Of a stretch of DNA of 64,000 nucleotides, positions 25,401 through 36,449 are shown in pieces (within the stretch, counting starts at the first letter, position 1; the number at the start of each line of letters is the position of its first letter). The notes below the pieces were generated by a model. That model searched no databases and was not told the origin of the DNA. It saw only the letters and a list, made by a program, of their open reading frames with translations. Location of the stretch: positions 1-64,000 of the forward strand of contig JAAOMT010000028.1 of the NCBI GenBank assembly GCA_016748015.1, in the 5' to 3' direction. The DNA comes from Geosiphon pyriformis uo1. Its lineage: Eukaryota > Fungi > Glomeromycota. Position numbers and translations under genes: made by a program.

Positions 25401-28400
25401 GAAAGCAAAAAGAAGAACATACCTGAGAAACCACTATTGGCACTTGAATTAATGACAACCAAAACGAGTTGTCACCTACACTAAGTTGGGAAGAAAAAAG
25501 AAAGGGAAAGAAAAAAGAAAACAACCTACCAGAGAAAACTGAATTAACAAAAGACACCACCAGTGGCTGGACAAGTTTGTATTTCATTCATGAGCCACTG
25601 CCACAACCACCACACATACTGCTTAAATACAAAAATTGTGAGAAAAAACTCTCTTCTATGGAAGCTTGGGTCACACCAGACAAAAATTACTGGATGCAAA
25701 CCCACTATTATTACAAGTCTTGCCACTGCAAATGGTATGACTACCCAAAAAGACAAGACAAATGGGACAACAAACCATGTTTCGCTTGTGGTGAGCAATT
25801 GTTCGACAAAAGAATGTGGAACAACATTCCTGGTTGAAAAGAAACATACAACACTTTGTGCCAGTACACAATTCTCATCAGCAACTGGGTGAGTTGAGGT
25901 ATGCCAATAACTGCCACTTGGCACTAAGCAATCTCTCACCTGGACGGATACCCACATGACAAAGATGAGATCTGGCAGATGGCGAACGCCAAAATAGAAG
26001 ACACTATGTCCAGCAAAATCTTGGAAATCAAGAACAATTCTCCAAAACCAGTCAACATTATTCTAGTCCCCAACTCAGATGCTTTTTTCGATATTGAGAC
26101 CAACCCAGAAGACTTCTACAAACATTATCAAAATTTAGTACCAACCAGAGAGGAACAGAAAGAGTGGTTAGCACAACTAAACACTCGATTATGTGACTAC
26201 TGTTTGATCTCATGTGACTTTCAATATTGTAATGAGTGTGATCTCATTTACAATCCACCAATCCACATAATCTACACAATTCCAGAGGAAGAAAAACCAA
26301 TCAGCAGCTGCACATTAAAATCAGAACCACTGTTTGATCCCGATTTAAACTCTGACAATGACAATAATGAAAACACCAGTTCCAGTTTTGTTCAAAATAG
26401 TGATAACAATGACAATGATTCAAACTCAGATTCAAACTCCAATTTAAAATATGAACAATATATCACAATTCTTAATCTGACCAGAGAATTGAAACTAAAA
26501 TAGTTTAGTAATAATAACGAAGGTATCATGCCAGAATGTGCACACAATAATGATGCTGGATTTAATCTGAGGTATCCAAGAAAAGATGCCATCAAATTGA
26601 AACCACATTCATGTATCTGTCTTGATTTGAAAATAGCACTGGAAATTCTGACAACAACAATGGTTCAATTAGCATCTAGGAGTAGTTTAGCGAAAAGAGG
26701 GATTAATATAAAAAGAGGAATAATTGACATTGGATATGTAGGAAATATCATCGCTATGCTACAAAATGACTCAGAAAAGACCTATATAATAGAGCCCAAT
26801 AAAAAGATAGCACAGACAATATTCCTGCCTCTGGTTAGAGTAGCTCAGTTAGTATCAGTAGAAAAGAGAGAGGAATTAGGAATAACAGCAAGAGAAATAC
26901 AGGGATTCGGATTGACAGGTAAAGTAGATATACCAGTCAATATAGCAAATGAAGAAATTGTTGACCAAGGGGAAATTATCTCAATGGGTCAAACAATTTC
27001 TATTCCACCATATGACCAGTACATGATAGGAATAAAGTGGGAGGTAAAAGAACAGAATCAGATTTTTGAAGCAGAACCAACCCTCTGTAAATCAAGAGAG
27101 ATTGGACTCATCAATCTCCATATACCAGTCAAAGATTACAGTCACATCAAAATTCCCATCTACAATAATACAGGAAATATCATAGTAATATCAGCTGAAA
27201 CCACCATTGAATACTTAAGCACTGAAATAGAGGATCAACCACCAAGCACCATTCTGGACTTTCCACAGCTTTGTGGATATGTCAATATTATATCACAAAC
27301 AATATATGGACAAAGTAAATGTTATTTGCTCCAACCAGAACAATTGGAACAAATAAACATAAGAAACTTAGATCCACTCCAACGTATGCAACTTAAAATG
27401 TTGCTCAACAATTTCAATGACATCTTTGCCAGCGAAAACGAGTTTGGCCAAACTAACATCATCTAGCATCAGATCAAGACTGGAGATACAATGCCAATTA
27501 AACAAAGAGCATACAAAGTACCACCAGCTAGCCACAAGATTATCCATCAAGAGATAAACCAAATGCTTAATAATAGGCTAATTCAGCCATCAATGAGCCC
27601 ATGGTCATTACTAGTGGTACTCATCTGGAAAAAAAATGGGAAAATCCACTTTTGTGTGGATTATAGAAAACTCAATAGAGTAACTCATGGAGATAGTTAT
27701 CTCACTCCACAGATCCAAAAATTATTTGATGCTTTCGGTAGAAACAAATAGTTTTTAACATTAGACCTGGATAGTAGTTACTGGCAAGTAGCCATGAATT
27801 CAGCCAACAAAGAAAAGACGGCATTTACCACCAGAGAAGGGAATTTTGAATTTAAAGTAATGCCATTTGGCTTAACCAATGCACCAGCCACTTTTCAATG
27901 GCTAATAAAAATTGTTTATACTGGCTTATTATGGAAATCAGTAGTTGTATACTTGGACAACACCAATGTATTCTCAAAAACATTTGATGATCATCTTCAT
28001 CATTTTCAACAAGTGTTTGAAAGACTAAGAAGAGCAGGACTAAAGTTAAATGCAACAAAGTGTTTTTTCGGCAAGACAGAACTAAAATTCTTGGAACACA
28101 TAGTCAGCAAAGACAGCATCAAAATAGATCCAGAGAAAATAGAGATAGTAAAAAACTTTCCAGTACCAACCAATATGACAAAACTGAAATCATTCTTGGG
28201 ATTTGCCAGCTACTATTGATGTTTTATCAAGAACTTTTCCAAGATAGCACAGCCACTCAACCAACTGCAAACCAAGAATACAAAATATGAATGGACAGAA
28301 AGTCAACAAGAAGCTTTTGATATTCTGAAAAGAAAGCTCATTCAAGCTCCAGTACTGATCTATTCAGATCACAGCAAACCATTTATCATCACCACCGATG

Positions 28401-28753
28401 CATCCGGCCAAGCACTAGAAGCAGTACTATCTCAGAGAGGACCAAATGGCAGAGAATATTCAGTAGCATATGCCAGCAGAGGTTTAACACCAGCCAAAAA
28501 GAACTATAGAACACTGAAACAAGAACACTTAGTAATATACTGGGCAGTCATGAAATAGAAAAAATACTTGAGCCAGAAGTTTGAAGTATACACAGATCAC
28601 AAAGGATTAACATCACTTCAAAAACAAGAATTTGGAGATGGAAGACAGTCAAGATAGAAAATGGTACTCACACCATATAATTATACTATACATTATAAAA
28701 AGGAAAAAGACAATGGAAATGCTGATGGTTTGTCATGAATGAGACAAATATAA
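22484..28753 (+). pseudogene. E1 ORF1 polyprotein: Gag-PR-Cys-rich-dUTPase-RT-RNaseH (~2090 codons, one frame, point-mutation stops)
   Basis: ORF-track fragments 23129, 23645, 24578, 25469, 25979, 26528, 27491 and 27794 share one frame. Motifs: LILDSG, dUTPase motifs, CVDYRKLN, MPFGLTNAPATF, YLDN, TDAS, ADGLS. Confidence 0.93.
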
Positions 28754-28815
28754 GAACATTTCAACCCAAAAATATAACAAAACCAAAACATTACCAACAA
28801 TAAATATAACAAAAG

Positions 28816-30198
28816 ATAAACATACAAAGATATTAACAACTGCAACATTATATAAACACTCAACAATTTAAGAAGAATTTATCTCAAATGGAACGAAAGA
28901 GTATCAAACAACAATCAAAATATTTTATCACTCACCAAAATATACTTTATTGAAAAAATAGAAGAGATCTAAAGCAACCAACCAGAGTAATTACAGAGCC
29001 AAAAAAAGAAACAATATTATTCAACATGCACTCAAATCCAACAGCAGGACATTTTCACAAAGAAGCAACCATGGAAAGAACCAAAAAGAGATACTATTGG
29101 CCATCAATGTACCCAGACATCATTCAATATGTTCAAAATTGTAATGCTTGTCAGCGAAAAGGAGGAACAAAACCCAGTGAACTATTAAGACTAATCAAAG
29201 TGAGACAACCATTTGACTATATTGGAATTGATTTAGTCGGACTATTAACAATCACCAGCAGAGGAAACAGGTACATAGCAGTAACTATGAACTATCTCAT
29301 TAAATGGCCAGAGGCAAAAACAATTCAAAGAACGGATGCAAAATCCGTTGCCAAATTCATTTATCAAGATTTAATTTGTCGACATAGATGTCCAAAGAAA
29401 TTATTATCAGACCAAGGAACTCATTTTGTGAACAGAACATTAACAGAATTGAGCCAAAGATTCGGAATTAAGAGACCACTATCATCACCATACCATTCAC
29501 AAACCAATGGATTAGTCAAAAGATTCAACAGAATATTGTGTAAAGCAATAGCTAAGCTCAGCCAAGAAAACCAGAACAATTGGGATTTGTTGATACCATC
29601 AGTACTATTTGCTTATCAGACAATGAAGCAAGATACTACACAAACAACACCATTTGAATTAGTATATAGTAGAACAGCAACACTACTAGTGGAAATGAAA
29701 GTCAGCACATACTCAACTGAACCAATAACAGAAGAGAATTTCAAAAACACATTGTTGAGAAGAACATATGACTTAATGAAAACATTAGAAAACAAACAAC
29801 AAAAAGCAGCTGATAACATACAAAAGTCACAAAAGAAACAAAAAGAAAGACATAATAACCAACTATCAGATAAACCAGTTGAATTCAAGATTGAAAACAA
29901 AGTACTACTACATCGTACCAAAGCGAAAAAACAATGGAATGGAAAATTTGACCTCAAATGAGATGAACCATTTTATATAGAAAAAATTCTAGGAAATGGA
30001 GCTTACAAATTAAGATTAAATAACAAAATCTTGACCAAAGCAGCACATAGAAATTGACTGAAATCATATTACCATATAGTATCATCATCCACTAGTAATA
30101 TTCTACAATTAGGAGTACAGAGAATACTAGTCCAACCAGATGAGATTCCACAAGATCTGGAACCAATCATTATTATTAACAACAACACGTCCAATTAA
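28816..30198 (+). pseudogene. E1 ORF2 integrase (HHCC, DDE core, C-terminal GPY/F-like region)
   Basis: MHSNPTAGHF...CNAC; IGIDLVG; LLSDQGTHF; QTNGLV. The start has decayed to ATA (ATG in E3). Confidence 0.92.
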
Positions 30199-30221
30199 TT
30201 AACAAAAGAATATATAAGAAC

Positions 30222-30881
30222 ATGGTCAATGTGACAAAAAAGATCAGAAAAATGGAAATTACAGACAATATCTATTCACTAGTCCAACAAATTTTTCAAT
30301 TAATCCAACACCAAGAGATGGAAATTACAATCAATTAACAAACCATTCATTACAAAAATACAGCAAAGATACCACAAAACAAAGCATAGAAAAGACTTGG
30401 AAATGTTGTTGACAAGATCATAACCAAGATAAAATTGGCCATAAAAAAACAACCAATAGTCAGATTACACCAAAAACTTACCAGAGAAACTTGGACTTGG
30501 TGAATGCAACAATTTCCAAAAAACTATTGTCATTTCCACTTGGAACAACACGTAAATATCCAGAATTTGTACACTGACAAAACAAAATGGTTATTTGACA
30601 CAACAATACTGAGACAACTGAAACAATTTATGGGAAAAAACAATCTAACCAGACAAGCTCGAGCTATTTACCGGCTATATATGGAATTTCAAGACTGATC
30701 AGAAATCTTACTCAACACAGCAATGAATACAGTTACGAGTAATCAATTAGAAAAAATGACCAACACCCAATTTGAAGAACTACAAACTGAAATAACACAA
30801 GTAATACTCGAAAAAGAAGTTCAAGAAATAATTCAAGAAGGGGAATTAAAGAAATTAGATTTCGATGGAGCTCAATATTAA
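30222..30881 (+). pseudogene. E1 ORF3, unknown 220-codon protein
   Basis: ATG to TAA of 660 nt with internal transition stops; homologous to E3 52175-52834 and E2 34179-34898. Confidence 0.8.
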
Positions 30882-30894
30882 AAGGAGGGAATAA

Positions 30895-31768
30895 TATTAC
30901 TCATAGAATATAGAAAATATAGTATTATTAGTCAGTAGAAATTAGCCAATCAGATATAAACATGATAAATGTGGAATTCCAAGATTCCTTTCAGAGGAAT
31001 TGCAGGATTCCAAGAATTTCAGGATTCTCTAACAAGGAATTGCAGGATTCCAGAATTCCACTCATCAAGAATCACAAGATTCCAGGAATTCCAGGATTCC
31101 TGTCACAAGGAATTAAGGAATTGAGAAATCTCAAATAGGTATATATAGCAGTAGCATTAAAAGCAAGAAAAAAAGAAGAAGGACATTAAGAAATCTTAGC
31201 TTAGTTACCACAATTCTCAAATAAATAATTATTTATTCTATCAAATTCATTCTTTACTATCAACATAAAGTGTTGATAGTAACTGATACTTAACTATACT
31301 GGAACAATAGCTCTTGATCATAGCTATTGACAGGATACTAACTTGCAAATTGCCTTGGCTGATTTCTTATTTTCTTTTTTATCTTTTTTTATTTTCTTTG
31401 TTGTCTACTAACTTGATTAAAAAATTTACTCTTGGAGGACTTATGGAAGAATAAACTTGCTTAAACAATACTTACTTTTAGAGGACTTATGGAGGAACTG
31501 ACATCAAGAAACAGCACTGGTATACACTTATAGAGGATATCATACTAGAAGAATCATCAACCCTCAAGCTGAGCAAGCAATTGAGGAAACTACGGTTTCA
31601 GGAAACTACTAATAAACTGTTACCATTGAATCTCTGTCCATTATACAAAGAACTCAATTGGAAAACTTTCAGATAAAATACCTTCAGATTATTATTGTTA
31701 CCAATCGCTTTGTGCACCAAGTTACAGGTTTGTTACTCACTCGACATCCCAAAAACTCACCTGTAGCA
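30895..31768 (+). repeat. E1 3' LTR (874 bp)
   Basis: Direct repeat of 21571-22421; termini decayed to TATTAC...GTAGCA. Confidence 0.95.
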
Positions 31769-31772
31769 ATGG

Positions 31773-33230
31773 GGACAATTTCTCAGTTTTAAAGGATATG
31801 ACAACTCAATCTCCTATTTTTATAATTGGTTCAGTGATAAAAGATGCTTTGGAAAAAAACCAAGAGCTCTGGCTGATTCTGTAGGACATGCAAAAAGCAT
31901 ATGATTTGGTTGGCTGGAAACATCTCAAAAATAGTTTAATTAGGATTAAGATGTGTAGCAAATTCATTCATTTTTTTGGCAACATTCACAATGATTGTAC
32001 CAACTGGATTATAACAGATTTTGGTTTGACAGATGGTTATCATGTACATGATGGCCTGAATCAAGGAGAAGTTTTCTTTTCTCTTTTGTGGTGAATATTT
32101 TATGATCCTTTGTTGTGTGAAGTCAAGTATTAGGAGAGTGTATGTAGATATAGACTGAATTCTTATTTTATTTCCAAGAATGGTCATGCCAAATCTTGGG
32201 CTGGGCATTCTTCCTTTTTTGCTGCTGGTGTTTTTGTTGATGATACAATTTAGATTAGTAACAGTTAAAGCACTACTCAACATATTCTCAATGTTGCCAG
32301 TGAATTTTTTCAGATCAATGATATCTCAATTAACAATAACAAAATAGTGACAATTCCTATTAACAGCAGGGTCAGCAATCTTTTTCTTTCTATTAGTGGT
32401 TTGCCTATTTTAGTTGCCAAAAAGGAGGAGTTTCATCAATACTTAAATATTTTTCTTTCAACTGAGGGTCTTTCTAAACCTAGTTTAGTAAGGGCACATT
32501 CAAATGTTCGTTTTTTCACTAATTTGGTACTGAGAAAAGCTGTCTCGGATAAACAGTTCTTGTATTTGGTTTTGGCAGTTCTTCATCCTATTGTTAGCTA
32601 TAGAACACAGTTTAGCTTTGTTTCTGTTGGTGTGTACAACAAATGGAATGCTTTAATTTGCAAGGGCCTAAAACTAAAATTTGGTCTTCCACTGGACTTT
32701 CCTAATGATACAATTTACCACCCATCTTTTTATGGTTTAAAGTCTTTTTTGCAGTGTCAATCTAAGGGCAAAGTTGCTTTACTTGTTAGTTTTGCGAACT
32801 CTGGTAGAATTTTGGGGCATTTGTTTGGTCACAGGTCTCATAACTTACAGGTCCTGTGTTGGCAATCTGTTTATCCATTGATTTTCTCTGCTTGTATTTA
32901 TGTTAATGTTTCTAATAATTTCTTAGCTGGTATGGTTCACATTTTTTTTGACTACAAGTTGTCTTTGGGCTGGCTCTGTGGCCAGTTTTTTTCAGTTTTA
33001 CAGTGGGGTACCTATGTCAATTGTTCTTGGCAAGTCTTTGTTTTGCAAGTTTTTATTTTCTCTCCGTTATAGCATTGCCTTTGTGAACCAGCTTTATGAT
33101 TGTAATGGTATTGTCTTTAGCTGGCACACCTTTAAGTGATAGAAGAGGCTGGACTCTTGTGGTCCAGTTCCCAAATGGTTTGAACTTTCTGTTGTGTTTC
33201 TTGTGGCTTCTTATTCTTTTCTATTGGCAT
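31773..33230 (+). pseudogene. LINE B ORF2 part 2 (RT core)
   Basis: DMQKAYDLV, GLNQGEV, VFVDDTI; continues VLYG|DNFSVLK in frame across E1. Confidence 0.92.
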
Positions 33231-34210
33231 TGTTACCAAAGGTTTTTGGTCTCTTCTTAGCTCTTGTATGTTTGTTGTAATGTTGTTAATTTACGATTAT
33301 GGGAAGTGTTTGAACCTCTGATAACTGAATTTATCTTCAAATTATCTCTTATAATTTGAACTGCTGGACTTATAAGTGGAATGGCCAATTCCGTGCCAGT
33401 TACTTTGTATAGTTATGTTGTAGTAAATGTCAACTCTTTCTTGGAAATTGCTCATCTAAAAGCTCACTAAAAATGTGTAGTTACTTTGCTGTGAAAGTCA
33501 ACTCTTTTACAGGAATCTCGTTTATAGGCTACCCTAATAATTGTAATAAGAAAAGAAAAAAAAAATAAAAAAAATGTAAAAGAAATAGGATTTTATCAAA
33601 GAAAACGTTTTCTATTCAGGCCTGGAGTTACTAACAGTTTACTGAAATTAGTAGCTAATCAATTTCAAAATGTTAATTGGGTTTTGAAGATTTTTCTAGT
33701 GCAATAATTTCAAGAATTTGGTTTTTCGAATTATTTAATATTTATTTCTTTTTGTGTGTGTAGGAATGGTTTTAAGTGATAAATCCAAAGTAAGATACAT
33801 TTTCTCGAAAAGAGAAGCTTTTCTTTTATACAACTTGTTATAACACTATTCTATGCACTTGAACTTTGCTCTTTTCTACAATTTTGCTGAACTAAAGATA
33901 CATTTTGGTGAATTACAAGTTATTTCTGTGAACTATTAGATGTTTCGGTAAACTATCAATTATTTCAGCAAATTTCTACAAATTTCGGTGAACTTTTGAA
34001 TGTTACATATTTCGGAGTATTGCATAATTGATCATCACACTTAGGTTACATTTATGTTATATACAAATTGGGTTATTAGTTAAATGATAATTTCAGACAT
34101 TTTGCTAATGTAATAAGTAATAATTTGAAACAATAATATATGCTAATTAATGATAAGATTTATAAGGGTAATTTTATGCTAAACAATATCTCTAATTTTG
34201 TCTGATAACA
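33231..34210 (-). repeat. E2 3' LTR (980 bp)
   Basis: Direct repeat of 42076-43056; TG...CA termini. Confidence 0.95.
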
Positions 34211-34898
34211 TAATCTTTTTCTCAAGACTGAGCTCTGTTGAAGTCCAAGTACTGTCTGTGATTTTCAGATAATAATCCAAAATTATTGAAGAAATTTGGT
34301 CTGAAAATTGTTGAAATTTCAGTTTTGTGAGCTTTTCAATATATTGAATCTTCAAAAGTTGTAATATTGGGTTTTGTAAGACATTTTCACAGATGTGAAA
34401 TAGGTCATAAAGTCTAAGAGCAGCTCTTAATTTATAATGACTGTTTGTAGATCCAGCTGTTGTCTTAAATTTGTTATGGAGTTGTTTCCGAATAGCTTTT
34501 TTTGTAAGGTTTGCTGCTGTAAGCTTCCGTTTTTGTTTGTGAAGTGTTTTTCCAATGTAGAAATATCTATATATTGGAATATAGTCGTAATTTTTTTCAT
34601 TAAGACACAGTTGAAGTTTTTGTTGAATAGTAGCATTCAGTGGAATACTAATAGGAGTGAGCATTAAGTTTTCTTTTAAAGCAAGCTTTAGAAGTTCTGA
34701 CAGGTGAATTCCAGAATAACTTCTTGTGTTCTTCTTATATGGATGATATTTTTGTGCATTTGGGGCTAAATTTGTAACTACTTCTGTTTGAGTATAATTA
34801 ATGTGGTTTCTAGTAACAGTAATAGATAATTCGGGTATTGTTTTTAAAGCTAACATTAGTTTTTGGGATAATTGTTGAATGTTTTGAGGAATAGTCAT
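34179..34898 (-). CDS. E2 ORF3, unknown 239-aa protein, uninterrupted, reading into the 3' LTR
   Basis: Open ORF in the track; aligns by eye with E1/E3 ORF3 (NIQQLSQKL~NIYSLVQQI; YRYFYIGK~YCHFHLEQ; RAALRLYDLF~RAIYRLYMEF; IEKLTKLKFQQF~LEKMTNTQFEEL). Confidence 0.75.
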   Translation of the reverse strand: MTIPQNIQQLSQKLMLALKTIPELSITVTRNHINYTQTEVVTNLAPNAQKYHPYKKNTRSYSGIHLSELLKLALKENLMLTPISIPLNATIQQKLQLCLNEKNYDYIPIYRYFYIGKTLHKQKRKLTAANLTKKAIRKQLHNKFKTTAGSTNSHYKLRAALRLYDLFHICENVLQNPILQLLKIQYIEKLTKLKFQQFSDQISSIILDYYLKITDSTWTSTELSLEKKIMLSDKIRDIV

Positions 34899-35017
34899 TA
34901 TAAGGGATTTGAAAATAAAAGAAAATTATTTTTGGTGTATGGGTTTTTATGTTATTTTTGTTTTGTATTTGTGATATTGTTTCTAAATTATAAGGAGATA
35001 ACTATAATAAATTTAAG

Positions 35018-36403
35018 TTAAGTGTTCAAATTGGGAGGTTGTTCAATAACAACTATTGGTTCTAAATTTTGGAAAATATCTTTGGGATTAATTAAAGGGG
35101 AATGTGTACCAATTTGTGGAATTAATGGTTCAGGATTGTGTCTGGAATTATAGTGTTTCAAACAATCTCCATGTGCAACTTTTGCTAGGATTTTGTCATC
35201 AAGTCTTAGCTTGTATGATCCATTGCCTAGGACTTCATGGATAAAGAATGATCCATCCCATTTATTTTCAAATTTCTTACTCCATTGTTTTTCAGCTTTA
35301 GTTCTGTGTAAGAGAACTTTGTTTCCAATTTTAAATCTATTGGTAACTGGAGGCAATTTGTTGTCATGCCGTTCTTTTTGTTGAGCTTGAGAGTGTTCAA
35401 TATAGGTGGCTGCTATTTGTTGTTTTCTTTCCAACATGCTAAGCAGAGTGTAGGCTCTTCATTGAAGTGTTTCCTGGAAATTGTTTTTATCAATTGGTTG
35501 TGCTGGGTATGTTTCTACTGTGAAACTAATTGGTAATGTTGCTGTCCTTCCATAAGTTAAATCAAATGGTGTGTGTTTTGTGGTATCTTGTTTTAGTGTT
35601 TTGTATATTAGTAACACTGATGGAATAAAGATATCCCATTTTTGCTCAAAATCGGTTGAGACTTTGGCTAATAATTCACACAATGTTCTGTTAAAACATT
35701 CTACAAGTCCATTTGTTTGTGAATGATAGGATGAAGATAATGGTCTTTTGACATTAAATTGTCCACAAATTTCTTGGATTAAATTGTTCACAAAATGTGT
35801 TCCTTGATCAGATAAAAGTTCTATTAGGCATCCATGTCTATAAATGATGTCTTCGTAAATAAAGTTTGCTACTGATTTTGCATCTGCTCATTGAATGGCT
35901 CTGGCTTTAGGCCATTTGGTGAGATAGTCTACAGCTACTGCAATATAATGGTTTCCTTGGTTTGTGATAAAAAGTGTTCCAACTAAATTGATACCAACTT
36001 GGTCAAAAGACTGTCCAACTTTGATTGGGTTTAAAGGTTCTGTAGGGCAAGTTCTTTCTTTTTTTTAACAACTATCACAAGACTTAATGTATTTATGAAT
36101 GTCTTTTTTTATTTGAGGCCAAAAATAATATTCTAGTGTTCTCTGGTTGGTGCTGTTTTTTTCTAGGTGTGCTGATGAAGGGTCTGAGTGCATGTTATAT
36201 AAAATGATTTCTTTTTCATGTTCTTGTATTAATCTGAGCGGACTGTCTGGGTTTCTGAAGTTTTGATAATAAATAATGTTGTTGTGTAAGAAGTATTGTT
36301 TGACTTGTTGTTATAATCAGTGTTTTTCATCTGAAAACCAATCTGTTGGGATTGTTAATGTCTCCAGATATTGTTTAAGATTGTTGTAGTTTTTGGGGTT
36401 CAT
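35018..36403 (-). pseudogene. E2 ORF2 integrase
   Basis: Starts MNPKNYNNLKQYLE; MHSDPSSAHL, VGINLVG, LLSDQGTHF, QTNGLVE, KWDGSFFIHEVLGNGSYKL. Confidence 0.92.
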
Positions 36404-36449
36404 TGTTTGTTGTTTTGTTGTTAATTCAAATGGGTGTTGTTTTTATGTT

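Larger units (their letters stand above)
21571..31768 (+). mobile_element. Ty3/Gypsy LTR retrotransposon E1 (dUTPase-bearing, three ORFs), full length, degenerate
   Basis: LTRs at 21571-22421 and 30895-31768; TSD ATGG on both sides; PBS TGGTGCT at ~22424; PPT AAAAGGAGGGAATAA at ~30880-30894; domain order PR-RT-RH-IN. Confidence 0.97.

Noticed and set aside
29860-30198. Chromodomain at the integrase C-terminus
   Set aside because: The sequence fits a GPY/F-SH3-like tail; no chromodomain aromatic cage or YLVKW-type motif.
34179-34898. ORF3 as a retroviral env gene
   Set aside because: Too short, with no signal peptide, furin site or transmembrane anchor.
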